Part shown: positions 1 to 8,065 of the stretch, piece by piece
Layout of the letters: every line of letters starts with the position of its first letter
How positions within the stretch are numbered: the first letter of the stretch is position 1
NCBI GenBank assembly: GCA_963817385.1
Contig: CAWFOM010000001.1
Location: forward strand, 288,001-352,000
DNA from: an uncultured delta proteobacterium
GTDB taxonomy: Bacteria; Desulfobacterota; Syntrophia; Syntrophales; UBA5619
DNA length: 64,000 nucleotides
Direction of reading: 5' to 3'
Program-made: the position numbers and the translations under genes
Notes under the pieces: model-generated
Seen by the model: the letters and a program-made list of their open reading frames with translations, nothing else
Databases searched by the model: none
Told to the model about the DNA's origin: nothing

Positions 1-464
1 GGCCGGGTTGCCAGGTCGATGCCCAATATTTCTCCTTTTCCCTGACTGAGTTTGGTCCCCCATACTAAGGCATGCGTTATTTTTTCTGCGATAGCAGCCA
101 TCAGGATACACTGCACAAGTCGAGATGTGATTGAGCAATGCATTGACAAGGTACTATCCTTGAGAACAACCATCAATCCAATACGCTCCCGTGAATCGTC
201 TGTCCTCTCCTGTTTCTGGCGATCATCCAGAATCGGACATCCCGTAATCTCGATCTTCGTCTTTAAAACGTTTTGCAATGTCGGCGATCTGATTTTCCCC
301 AACAGCGTTATTGTCAGAGATTCGTCATTTCCTCCAGATGAAGAAAGTTTCATGGAAACCTCATTTTGATTAAAGGCATAAGATGCTTCCCAATCCTCAA
401 CATCGATAACATATCGCTCGTTTTCGGCTTCTTTTATTTTTTTCCGCTTCTGTTTCATGATCAT
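1..464 (-). CDS. Hypothetical protein, runs off the window edge (MIMKQKRKKIKEAENERYVIDVEDWEASY...)
   Basis: Manually read open frame from ATG at 464 to the edge with no stop; AAGGAG RBS upstream; not in the ORF track because it is truncated. Confidence 0.6.
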   Translation of the reverse strand, partial: MIMKQKRKKIKEAENERYVIDVEDWEASYAFNQNEVSMKLSSSGGNDESLTITLLGKIRSPTLQNVLKTKIEITGCPILDDRQKQERTDDSRERIGLMVVLKDSTLSMHCSITSRLVQCILMAAIAEKITHALVWGTKLSQGKGEILGIDLATR

Positions 465-721
465 ATCTAATTTCTCCTTATCCTGAATTCAGTTGGATTG
501 TTATGAAACAACCACGATCGTTTCTACGCGACCGTACCCGACGCAACACCGCATTCATTGTGAAGCGGTATGTTTTGTTTTTTGGCACTGACGGTTTTAA
601 AGTAGCAAATGACTCCACCACGGATGGATGTCCGCCATGGAAACAATCCCTTGATAGCGCGCGCAGCGCCACCACTTCCTGGCATCGGTATAAACTTCCC
701 CTGCCCTTACGCACATGATAG

Positions 722-789
722 AAAAAGGCGGGAGAAGTGCGGGACCAGAGAGGGGAGTCAACCGGTGTACCGCAATCTTCTCCCGCCTT
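722..789 (-). terminator. Long hairpin followed by a T-run on the minus strand; intrinsic terminator or sRNA 3' end
   Basis: AAGGCGGGAGAAG (725-737) is the perfect reverse complement of CTTCTCCCGCCTT (777-789); A-run at 722-726 gives a U-tail on the minus strand. Confidence 0.5.
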
Positions 790-1033
790 GGGAGATGATG
801 CCGTGGTGTAATGTTTTGTTGCTATGGACGGGGCAGCAGGGGTATCTATCGATGCGTCTGGATGTTTATCAGGACGTGTCTTTCATGATCTCGATCCGTC
901 TGGTATGGAGGCGATAGTCAACGCAAGATAATTACACAAAAAGATAGAAAAGTCTGATCTGCTTTGGCATCTTCGATGTCGTGCCTAATCGTGCGGGCGC
1001 GGGCAACAGTGTGTGCCACATGCGCAACAGAGT

Positions 1034-1228
1034 CCAGAGGGCGCAACCCTCTGGTGGGGATCGGAAGGGGCAACGCCCCTTGCGCACCTTACTGGGTGCT
1101 ACGGATGCTACAGGGATGATCCGGGGATGATTCCTTGGGCACGAAGCAAGGGGGGCGGGTGTAAATATCCACGCATGTCAAGTAGGGTGAGGGGGTGCGC
1201 CTATATGGCGGAGCATTTTTAACAAAAA
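1034..1228. repeat. Structured non-coding block, copy 1 (two GC hairpins plus a G-rich block)
   Basis: CCAGAGGG-CGCAA-CCCTCTGG and AAGGGGC-AAC-GCCCCTT hairpins; 1150-1228 aligns loosely with 3784-3863. Confidence 0.5.
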
Positions 1229-1268
1229 TGATGAACTCCGTTACCTACTCAATCAATGGGTTCATGGA

Positions 1269-2291
1269 TCATAATTCCACAATCTCGATCCGGTTGCGGC
1301 CATTACGTTTGGCTGTGTACAGTGCGGTGTCGGCGCCTTTGATCCAATCCTCGGCCGATTGACCGGCACACTGCGCGCAAATGCCCACGCTCAATGTCAC
1401 CTTTTGATCCTGCAGCAGGGGGGCCTGCTCGACACGCAAGCGCAGATCTTCCGCCAACGCGACGGCTTCTGCCGTATTGGTCTCAAGCAACAGGATCATA
1501 AACTCCTCACCGCCTATTCGGAACAACTGATCCACCTTGCGTTTTCGACCATCGATGACTTCCACCATTTGGCACAACACTCGGTCACCGATGTCATGGC
1601 CCAAGCGATCGTTGATTGCCTTAAAGTGGTCAATGTCGATTATAAGTATCGCGTTGTTTGGCGCACGACGTCGCCCTTGTTCAACCACATATTCAAGTGT
1701 TTGTTGCATCCGGCGGCGATTGAATGCACCAGTCAGCGGGTCGGTGATAGCCTGCCGAATCAGCGCCTCCTGCAATTCAACCATAACGTTGAGCACGATG
1801 TTGATCATCATGATCGTCAGCAGCAGTGTCGCAAAGACACGGGCCGACAGGTCACGATCGACCCAGTACGCCACAGACAGGGTCAGCGTGACGAGAATGC
1901 CCAGGCTAAACAGTAATGCCAGGCGTCGCGACAGGACGAAGTAGCAGATAAGTACCAGCGGGTAGCCCCAGAGCGCGCCTATGATCCCTTGCCGCATCAC
2001 GGCAGCGAACACGCCTGCAAGCAGCATTAGCACCACCACACCAAATGATACCGGCGGTGGATTGCCCTGTCGCAACGCAAGCACATCCGCCAGCAGCACG
2101 GCCTGGGCGAACAGGATAATCAGACCGACTTCGTAGCGACCCTGCATCAGGTTGTTGGCCGCAAAAATGGTCAGCAGCACCAGTGCAGTCAGGCCGGTCG
2201 GGATCACGATGCGGTTGCGGTAACTCGCCATCACATCGTTTTCGCTGAGCAGGAACTTGCGCAACCAATTGAAAAGAAGTTTATGTTTCAT
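1269..2291 (-). CDS. Membrane-bound diguanylate cyclase
   Basis: Several N-terminal TM helices; DPLTGAFNRR, DIDHFKAINDRLGHDIGD and RIGGEEF motifs. Confidence 0.93.
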   Translation of the reverse strand: MKHKLLFNWLRKFLLSENDVMASYRNRIVIPTGLTALVLLTIFAANNLMQGRYEVGLIILFAQAVLLADVLALRQGNPPPVSFGVVVLMLLAGVFAAVMRQGIIGALWGYPLVLICYFVLSRRLALLFSLGILVTLTLSVAYWVDRDLSARVFATLLLTIMMINIVLNVMVELQEALIRQAITDPLTGAFNRRRMQQTLEYVVEQGRRRAPNNAILIIDIDHFKAINDRLGHDIGDRVLCQMVEVIDGRKRKVDQLFRIGGEEFMILLLETNTAEAVALAEDLRLRVEQAPLLQDQKVTLSVGICAQCAGQSAEDWIKGADTALYTAKRNGRNRIEIVEL

Positions 2292-2393
2292 GGTAGAAGC
2301 AATTGAATTGCCAACACAAAATATGGCGTACGGTATCGGTGCTGATGGAAGATGCTTATGCGGTTGGTCAATCTCCGAAACGCTCCTTTCCCG

Positions 2394-2867
2394 TTAACCT
2401 GTATTGTCCTTAATGCAGACATCCACCGCAAATGAACCATCGACTGTAGTGAAGGGAATCACGATGCTCGAAGTACCGAGCATGTGCTCAATGATGTGAT
2501 CTTTCCCCGTTACTACGGAAGGGAGCGATGCGGAGATCGTCATCTGTTCGCTTTGGAGTCTCTTTCTGGCATCACCGGAAATCATGTTCGTTAACTCACC
2601 CACAGCGTCTTCAATATCTCTGGTAATGGTGGAGAACTCTTCACCGAGCATGTTGGACACAATTTTCAGGATACACTTCTCAGAAAAACTTACCGCCAAT
2701 GACCCCACCACGGATCCAGTAAATCCTATGATGCCTGACACATCACCGCATGCAGTATCACTCTTCTTCAGGTAAGGTCCTCCGGCCGAGGAATCGATAA
2801 ATGCCATCGTTTTTATGACGTTAACGGTACTATCAACAAAGGCATTGATCATTTTGGCGTTCATCAT
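2394..2867 (-). CDS. cheX: CheX-family chemotaxis phosphatase
   Basis: DVSGIIGFTG and DAVGELTNMISG (ExxN) motifs. Confidence 0.92.
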   Translation of the reverse strand: MMNAKMINAFVDSTVNVIKTMAFIDSSAGGPYLKKSDTACGDVSGIIGFTGSVVGSLAVSFSEKCILKIVSNMLGEEFSTITRDIEDAVGELTNMISGDARKRLQSEQMTISASLPSVVTGKDHIIEHMLGTSSIVIPFTTVDGSFAVDVCIKDNTG

Positions 2868-2885
2868 TCACCTGTTTCTTGAAGT

Positions 2886-3278
2886 TCAATTGTCGTGCGG
2901 TGCATATTCCAGAAGCTTTTCGATCTTTTCCAGGAGACCTTTCGAAGTGAACGGCTTGGTCAGGAAATCACTGACGCCATGGGCGAACGCAACATCTCTG
3001 CTCACGTCAAGTGCTTCTACGGTCAGCATGAGAAAATGTGTTGAACCGATCTCATCATCCTCTCTGACTTTTTTGAGAAGTTCTATCCCCGTCATCCCCA
3101 GCATATTCCAGTCCGAGATGATTAGGGCAACCTTTTTAGCTTTTGCAATGGTGAACGCCGAGGATCCGTCGTCAGCCTCGACGATGTTCCGATATCCGGC
3201 ATGTTCCAGTATATGCCTAATGACAGTTCGCATGGGTTCGTTATCATCAACGATTAAGATCATCCCGTTATTCGTCAT
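2886..3278 (-). CDS. cheY: CheY-like single-domain response regulator
   Basis: ILIVDD, ISDWNM (phospho-Asp) and LTKPFT motifs; adjacent to cheX. Confidence 0.85.
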   Translation of the reverse strand: MTNNGMILIVDDNEPMRTVIRHILEHAGYRNIVEADDGSSAFTIAKAKKVALIISDWNMLGMTGIELLKKVREDDEIGSTHFLMLTVEALDVSRDVAFAHGVSDFLTKPFTSKGLLEKIEKLLEYAPHDN

Positions 3279-3344
3279 GATATCTCAACTCCTTACAGTA
3301 TCTCCTGCACCGTCTTTAGCCCTGGATCCACTATATTAAGATCT

Positions 3345-3550
3345 TTATCCTTTTTCAGTCGTAGTGCCAAATATGGCCGTTCGTTCCCCGGTAATCACCC
3401 TCTCCAATGTCGCCATGTCAAACCGCCAAGATTTTCCTATCTTGATACCTGGCAATTTACCCTCCGAAGCCAAATGACACACGGTGGGTTCAGTCAGACG
3501 GAGGGCTCCGCAACTTCTTTAACCGTCACCAAACGAATCATCTCCGGCAT
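3345..3550 (-). pseudogene. HTH_17 excisionase-like DNA-binding protein with a frameshift near 3505 (possibly a sequencing indel)
   Basis: Reads MPEMIRLVTVKEVAE / LRLTEPTVCHLASEGKLPGIKIGKSWRFD across a 1-nt shift. Confidence 0.75.
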
Positions 3551-3707
3551 CTCTTCTCCATCTCTTAAGAATCGAAAAAAATGGGAAACCGACTATAAAC
3601 AAAGAAAATTCTCAGATCTATTTTATATATCGGGAAAAGCGTCAACAATCTTTAGAATACGGGATGAATAGCATGCGGCGATAGCAATCAACATACTACG
3701 GGCTGGA

Positions 3708-3863
3708 GTGCGTGGCAACGCGCACATAAGCACCACCACCCGCACGCGTCGTGTATCGGCGAGGAGGAGGGCGGAGCGGGCATGGGGGGTGGGGTCAAAT
3801 ATCGGCAGGAATCCAGATAGGTGGAGGTGGGCACTCTTATGGCGAGCAAATTTTTTCAAAAAA
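3708..3863. repeat. Structured non-coding block, copy 2 (GCAA hairpin plus a G-rich block)
   Basis: GTGCGTG-GCAA-CGCGCAC hairpin (3708-3725); G-run, AAATATC, TAGG, TATGGCG, AGCA, T-run and CAAAAA in the same order as 1150-1228. Confidence 0.45.
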
Positions 3864-3996
3864 TCGGTCACCTGAGTTTCCACAGGGGTACAAACCGAAA
3901 GGCATTTCGCGAGAAATCTTTATACCCCTACCCTTTCCTCTCACATTGGATCGGTTAAGGCATAGTGAATGGCGTACCCTGCGATGCACATTTCAC

Positions 3997-4311
3997 CTTG
4001 TGTTCTTATGGATCGAAGAATGTTGTAAACTACCCTGGGACGCCGGGGTAAAATGGGAGGAGTGAATCTGTGTTTCACCTGATGCCAGAGAGCATGAGTT
4101 GTAGAGTAGATCCTCCTTCCACTGCTTTGTTCATAACTCGTACGGTATCATAAACCTTCCCAGATGGGAATGAGTTTGCACTTGCAAGGTTGATTAGAAC
4201 GAAGCTTTTTTATCAAAGGTGATTTTTTGGGGGGGTATTTATATGTCAGTATCGGTTCTTGGGATAGATATTGCGAAACAGAAGTTCGACGCCGCACTTC
4301 TTTCAGACGGG
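3997..4311 (+). mobile_element. IS110-family element, left end only (CT core, non-coding left end, first 23 codons of the transposase)
   Basis: ATG 4243 gives MSVSVLGIDIAKQKFDAALLSDG, the DEDD IS110 N-terminal GIDxAK motif; junction ATTTCAC|CT|TGTG at 3990-4002. Confidence 0.85.
4031..4205 (+). ncRNA. Predicted IS110 bridge RNA (5' hairpin, target-binding loop, donor-binding loop)
   Basis: Hairpin 4031-4050; stem 4054-4069/4109-4121 enclosing GTTTCACCT and TGTAG; stem GCTTTGTTC/GAACGAAGC enclosing ACGGTATCA and GCAAG; the guides match the junction at 3990-4002. Confidence 0.75.
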
Positions 4312-4767
4312 ATTGAAAAGCAGTGGTATCGCCTGTGGACAAGAAAGCGATTGCACAGCGACATGCAGGCCGACTACTTCCCTCTTCCGGAAGATTCCGA
4401 GTTATACCAGGCGCTCAAATGGCAGTGGGAGCACCGCGACAAAAGATCCTCCTATGTCTTCGCGAATCCGGATGACGGGCAGAAGTTTGTTCAGCGTAAC
4501 AAGTTTATGAAAGGTCTCTGCAAGCGTGCGGGTGTCAAGCCGTTCGGGATCAAGGCATTCCGGAAGTTCGGACCCTCGGTGCTGAACGATATTCACCGGG
4601 TCAGTATCAAGAAGCTGCAAAGGTTATTGAGACACCAGAATCAGTCAACGACAGAAATATATCTGAAGAAGATTGACGATGATTTGTCGGTAGGCTTGAG
4701 GCTTCTTGAACAAAGGGACACCCACCGGGACACACAAGTAAATAAGGGGCAAACCGCAATCGGTTAA
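4243..4767 (+). pseudogene. Chimeric ORF: IS110 transposase N-terminal stub fused in frame to a tyrosine-integrase C-terminal half
   Basis: After residue 23: LWTRKR...FGIKAFRKFG...LQRLLRHQNQSTTEIYL (box II R, H and Y); box I Arg and core-binding domain absent. Confidence 0.8.
4715..4733 (+). repeat. GGGACAC direct repeat, candidate integrase arm-type sites
   Basis: Copies at 4715-4721 and 4727-4733, about 50 bp from the tRNA 3' end. Confidence 0.45.
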
Positions 4768-4781
4768 CCCCTTGATATACT

Positions 4782-4856
4782 TGGTAGTCCCACGGGGGCT
4801 TGAACCCCGGTTTCCGGCGTGAGAGGCCAGCGTCCTAACCACTAGACGATGGGACC
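4782..4856 (-). tRNA. tRNA-Glu, anticodon CTC
   Basis: GGTCCCATCGTCTAGTGGTTAGGACGCTGGCCTCTCACGCCGGAAACCGGGGTTCAAGCCCCCGTGGGACTACCA folds as a cloverleaf with encoded CCA. Confidence 0.97.
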
Positions 4857-4872
4857 GTATGTGGAGCTTCGT

Positions 4873-4901
4873 TAATTAATGAATGGCGCCGTAAATGTCA
4901 A
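4873..4901 (-). promoter_or_regulatory. Candidate sigma70 promoter of tRNA-Glu
   Basis: TTGACA-17 nt-TAATTA on the minus strand immediately upstream of the tRNA. Confidence 0.45.
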
Positions 4902-4977
4902 GGTCTAAATCGGACCGATTCATTTCCCCAGGCGCAAATAGGCCGGCAGTGGGAAGGCGAAGAAAGCAGCCTTCCCG

Positions 4978-6750
4978 TCAAACGGCCACGACCGGTCTGT
5001 CCAGACCTTTGACGATCTGCGACCGGATCATTCTCGGCAGCATCATGTGATGATGAGGGCAGATCGAACGGGGGTTCTGGTAGACGCCGCCCGCGAAGGC
5101 CGCCATGTATCTGCGGATCTCCCCGAACCGGATCACCTCGTCGACGAAACCCTTCTTCGCGCAGTAGATCGGCTTCGACGTCTCTTCGTAATGTTTGACC
5201 ATCTCGTTCATCTTGGCAATCACCGGCCCCAGCGGCTTGCCCGCGTCCTTCTCCTTCACCAGACGCCGGGCATAACTCGCCGCCGCCGCCGTCTCCCCGT
5301 GCATCACGTTGATCTCCGTCGCCGGCGTCCCCAGCGTAAAGGCATTGTTGTTGTTCGCCGTGGGTCCCCCCATCACGTAATGGGCCGCCGCCGTCCCCTT
5401 CCTCAAAACGACCAGCATCATCGGGAGAGTCGTCTGCTCGATCGAATAGATCAGGGACTGTCCCAATCCCAGGAGCTCCGCCTTCTCCGCCGTATCCCCG
5501 ACGTCGATGCCCGATGTATCCTGGAGCCAGACGATCGGAACGCGGTCCCGACCGCACTGAGTCACGAACTCGTTCATCTTGATGAGCCCCTGCCGGTAGA
5601 GCTTGCCGCCCACCCCGATATACTCATTGGTGTACTCCGGATAGTTCGGCAGGAGACCATGACGGTTCCCGATCACCCCCAGAAGGAACCCGTCGACTTT
5701 GACCAGGCCCGTATAGACCTCCGGCCCGTAATCCGGACGGAATTCCAGGTGCTCGGAATTATCCACCAGCCGCGCCAGGACGTTGTCGAAATCGTACCCG
5801 GCCTTCGGATTCATCGGGACGAGCGAGGCGATCTCCGCCGGAGGGTATTTCGGTTCCGCGGGGAACGCGACCCGGAAAAACCGCGGGTTGTATGCAGGCA
5901 TCTCCTCCATGTACCCCTTCAGGGCATCGAGGACCTCGGTCTCTTTTTCAAAAACGGCCGTAAAAAACCCGGTCGAGTCGTAATGGACCTTCACGCTCCC
6001 GGGAGGAACGGCCTTGAAATGTCGCGTCGCGGCGATCAGCTCCTCGGCGCTCTCCTCATCGAAGTACCCCTTGGGGCTCATGCCGCTGACGATGCCGCCG
6101 CCGCCCACCGCGATATTGGCATTCTTGTGGGCGAGCAGGATGGTCGGGCTGATCCCCTGATAGCCTCCTCCGGCCGGGTTTGTCCCGTATATCCCCGCCA
6201 GGACCGGAATCCCCATCTGCTCCAGCTCCGCATGGCGGAAAAAGCAGGTCCCCTGGCCGCGGCGGTTGGCATACACCTTTTCCTGCTCGGGCAGCTTAAC
6301 GCCGGAGCAGTTCACGAGCCACACCAGGGGAAGATTCATGATCTTCGCCAGGTCCGTCACCCGGAGGTTGTTCTCCGCCTGCCCGGCGATCCACGCCCCG
6401 GCGATCCACTTGTTGTTGAAACCGATGAGCACGCACCATCTCCCGGCGATCCGCGCCAGGCCGTCCACGACCCCGGTGCTCCCCGACTCCTCGTTGTCGG
6501 GATCAAAAATCGTATGGAGGGGGCAGAATGTCCCTGGATCGACCACGTAATCGATGCGGTCCCAGACTGTCATCTCGCCCCGCTCGCGGATCTTCTCCGC
6601 GGGAATGCCGAAGTTCTTTATCCGCTCAACTTCCGCATCAATCTCCTGCATGACCGACTCGGCCTGGGTCGCACTCTCCCGCATCCGCTCCAGTTGGGCG
6701 GGGCGAAGCGGCTTGCCCAAATCATCCATCTTCTCAAAATAGGGTCTCAT
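4978..6750 (-). CDS. gcdA: Glutaconyl-CoA decarboxylase alpha (carboxyltransferase) subunit
   Basis: Carboxyltransferase motifs (NCSGVKLPEQ, GTNPAGGGY, LRKGTAAAHYVMGGP); MRPYFEKM start; adjacent to glutaryl-CoA dehydrogenase. Confidence 0.88.
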   Translation of the reverse strand: MRPYFEKMDDLGKPLRPAQLERMRESATQAESVMQEIDAEVERIKNFGIPAEKIRERGEMTVWDRIDYVVDPGTFCPLHTIFDPDNEESGSTGVVDGLARIAGRWCVLIGFNNKWIAGAWIAGQAENNLRVTDLAKIMNLPLVWLVNCSGVKLPEQEKVYANRRGQGTCFFRHAELEQMGIPVLAGIYGTNPAGGGYQGISPTILLAHKNANIAVGGGGIVSGMSPKGYFDEESAEELIAATRHFKAVPPGSVKVHYDSTGFFTAVFEKETEVLDALKGYMEEMPAYNPRFFRVAFPAEPKYPPAEIASLVPMNPKAGYDFDNVLARLVDNSEHLEFRPDYGPEVYTGLVKVDGFLLGVIGNRHGLLPNYPEYTNEYIGVGGKLYRQGLIKMNEFVTQCGRDRVPIVWLQDTSGIDVGDTAEKAELLGLGQSLIYSIEQTTLPMMLVVLRKGTAAAHYVMGGPTANNNNAFTLGTPATEINVMHGETAAAASYARRLVKEKDAGKPLGPVIAKMNEMVKHYEETSKPIYCAKKGFVDEVIRFGEIRRYMAAFAGGVYQNPRSICPHHHMMLPRMIRSQIVKGLDRPVVAV

Positions 6751-6878
6751 GATCGTCCTTTCATTCCTCCGTATCTTTTCATTTTCAGCGTAACGCGGGC
6801 TAGGTGATCGCTTTGAGCTGAAAAACGGGCCGGGAATTCCACCGGTGAGCGGTGGGACCATCTTTCCGCCGACATCCT

Positions 6879-8042
6879 CTACCGGTTCGCCTTGCGAATC
6901 CCTAGCTGATCCTGGGCGATGATGAACTTGCAGATGTTCGCCGAACCCTCCACCATCGCATAGGTCGGGGCGTCGCGATAATACCGCGCCACGGGGTATT
7001 CGGTCGAATAGCCGTAGGCCCCCAGGATCCTCATGGCATATTGCGAGCACTTGTATGCCAGCTCCCCGGCCAGATATTTCGCCTGGGCCACCTCCGCGTT
7101 GTTCCCCAGGTTCCCCTGGTCCTTCTGCCAGGCCGCCTTGTAAACCATCAGCCGCACCGCTTCGATCTCACAGACCATCTGGGCGATCAGATCCTGATTC
7201 ATCTGGAACTGGCCGATCGGCTGCCCGAACTGCTCCCGCTCCATCGCATACTTCGTCACCGCATCCAGGCAGGCCTGCGCGACGCCGACTCCCCCCGCCG
7301 CCGCCGACAGCCGGGTCTGGGCCAGCGATCCGAACACGATCTTCGTGCCGTCCCCGGGCTTCCCCAGGATGTTCTCCTTGGGAACCCGGGTATCCTCCAG
7401 GATGATCTCCCCGGTCGGCGAGGAGCGCGAACCCATCTTGTCCAGATCCGTCACCGTGATCCCGTTGAACTTGTCCAGCTCCAGGATGAAGGCCGACAAG
7501 CTCTTCCCGCCCCCCTCCTTCTCCGTGTAGGCGTAGTAGATGTTGATCCCGCCGACGGTGGCGTTCGAGATCCAGGTCTTCGTCCCGTTCAAGAGCCAGT
7601 GATCTCCCTTGTCCACCGCCATGGATTTGATCGCCATCACATCGGACCCCGCCTGCGGCTCCGTGATCGCAAACGCCCCCAGGATCTCGGCGTTCACCAG
7701 CTTGGCGATGTACTTCTTCTTCTGCTCCTCCGTCCCGTAGCGGTAGATCGTATAGGCGCACCCGATCTCCTGCATGTTCACCTGAACGCGCAGCGAGCTC
7801 GATGCCCGGGCGATCTCCTCGGTGATGATCGCCGCCGCCATCCACCCCATGCTGTTGCCGCCGTACTCCTCCGGGATTATCGTCCCGAAGAGGCCCAGCT
7901 CCCCCATCGGCTTCACCACCTCTTCATAGGGGAAATAATGGTTCTTATCCCACTCGTCCGCGAACGGCGCGATCTTCCCGGCCGCAAAGCCGCGCACCAT
8001 GTCCCGCAACATCACCAGTTCTTCCGATAATCCAAAGTCCAT
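6879..8042 (-). CDS. Glutaryl-CoA dehydrogenase, non-decarboxylating type
   Basis: Acyl-CoA dehydrogenase fold; closely resembles the Desulfococcus multivorans enzyme as recalled (YAMVEGSANICK, DQLGIRKANR end). Confidence 0.88.
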   Translation of the reverse strand: MDFGLSEELVMLRDMVRGFAAGKIAPFADEWDKNHYFPYEEVVKPMGELGLFGTIIPEEYGGNSMGWMAAAIITEEIARASSSLRVQVNMQEIGCAYTIYRYGTEEQKKKYIAKLVNAEILGAFAITEPQAGSDVMAIKSMAVDKGDHWLLNGTKTWISNATVGGINIYYAYTEKEGGGKSLSAFILELDKFNGITVTDLDKMGSRSSPTGEIILEDTRVPKENILGKPGDGTKIVFGSLAQTRLSAAAGGVGVAQACLDAVTKYAMEREQFGQPIGQFQMNQDLIAQMVCEIEAVRLMVYKAAWQKDQGNLGNNAEVAQAKYLAGELAYKCSQYAMRILGAYGYSTEYPVARYYRDAPTYAMVEGSANICKFIIAQDQLGIRKANR

Positions 8043-8065
8043 TTTCCCGCCTTCCTTTCTTCACT

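Noticed and set aside
52..369. Plus-strand 105-aa ORF
   Set aside because: Shadow of a longer minus-strand frame that has a good RBS (464 to the window edge).
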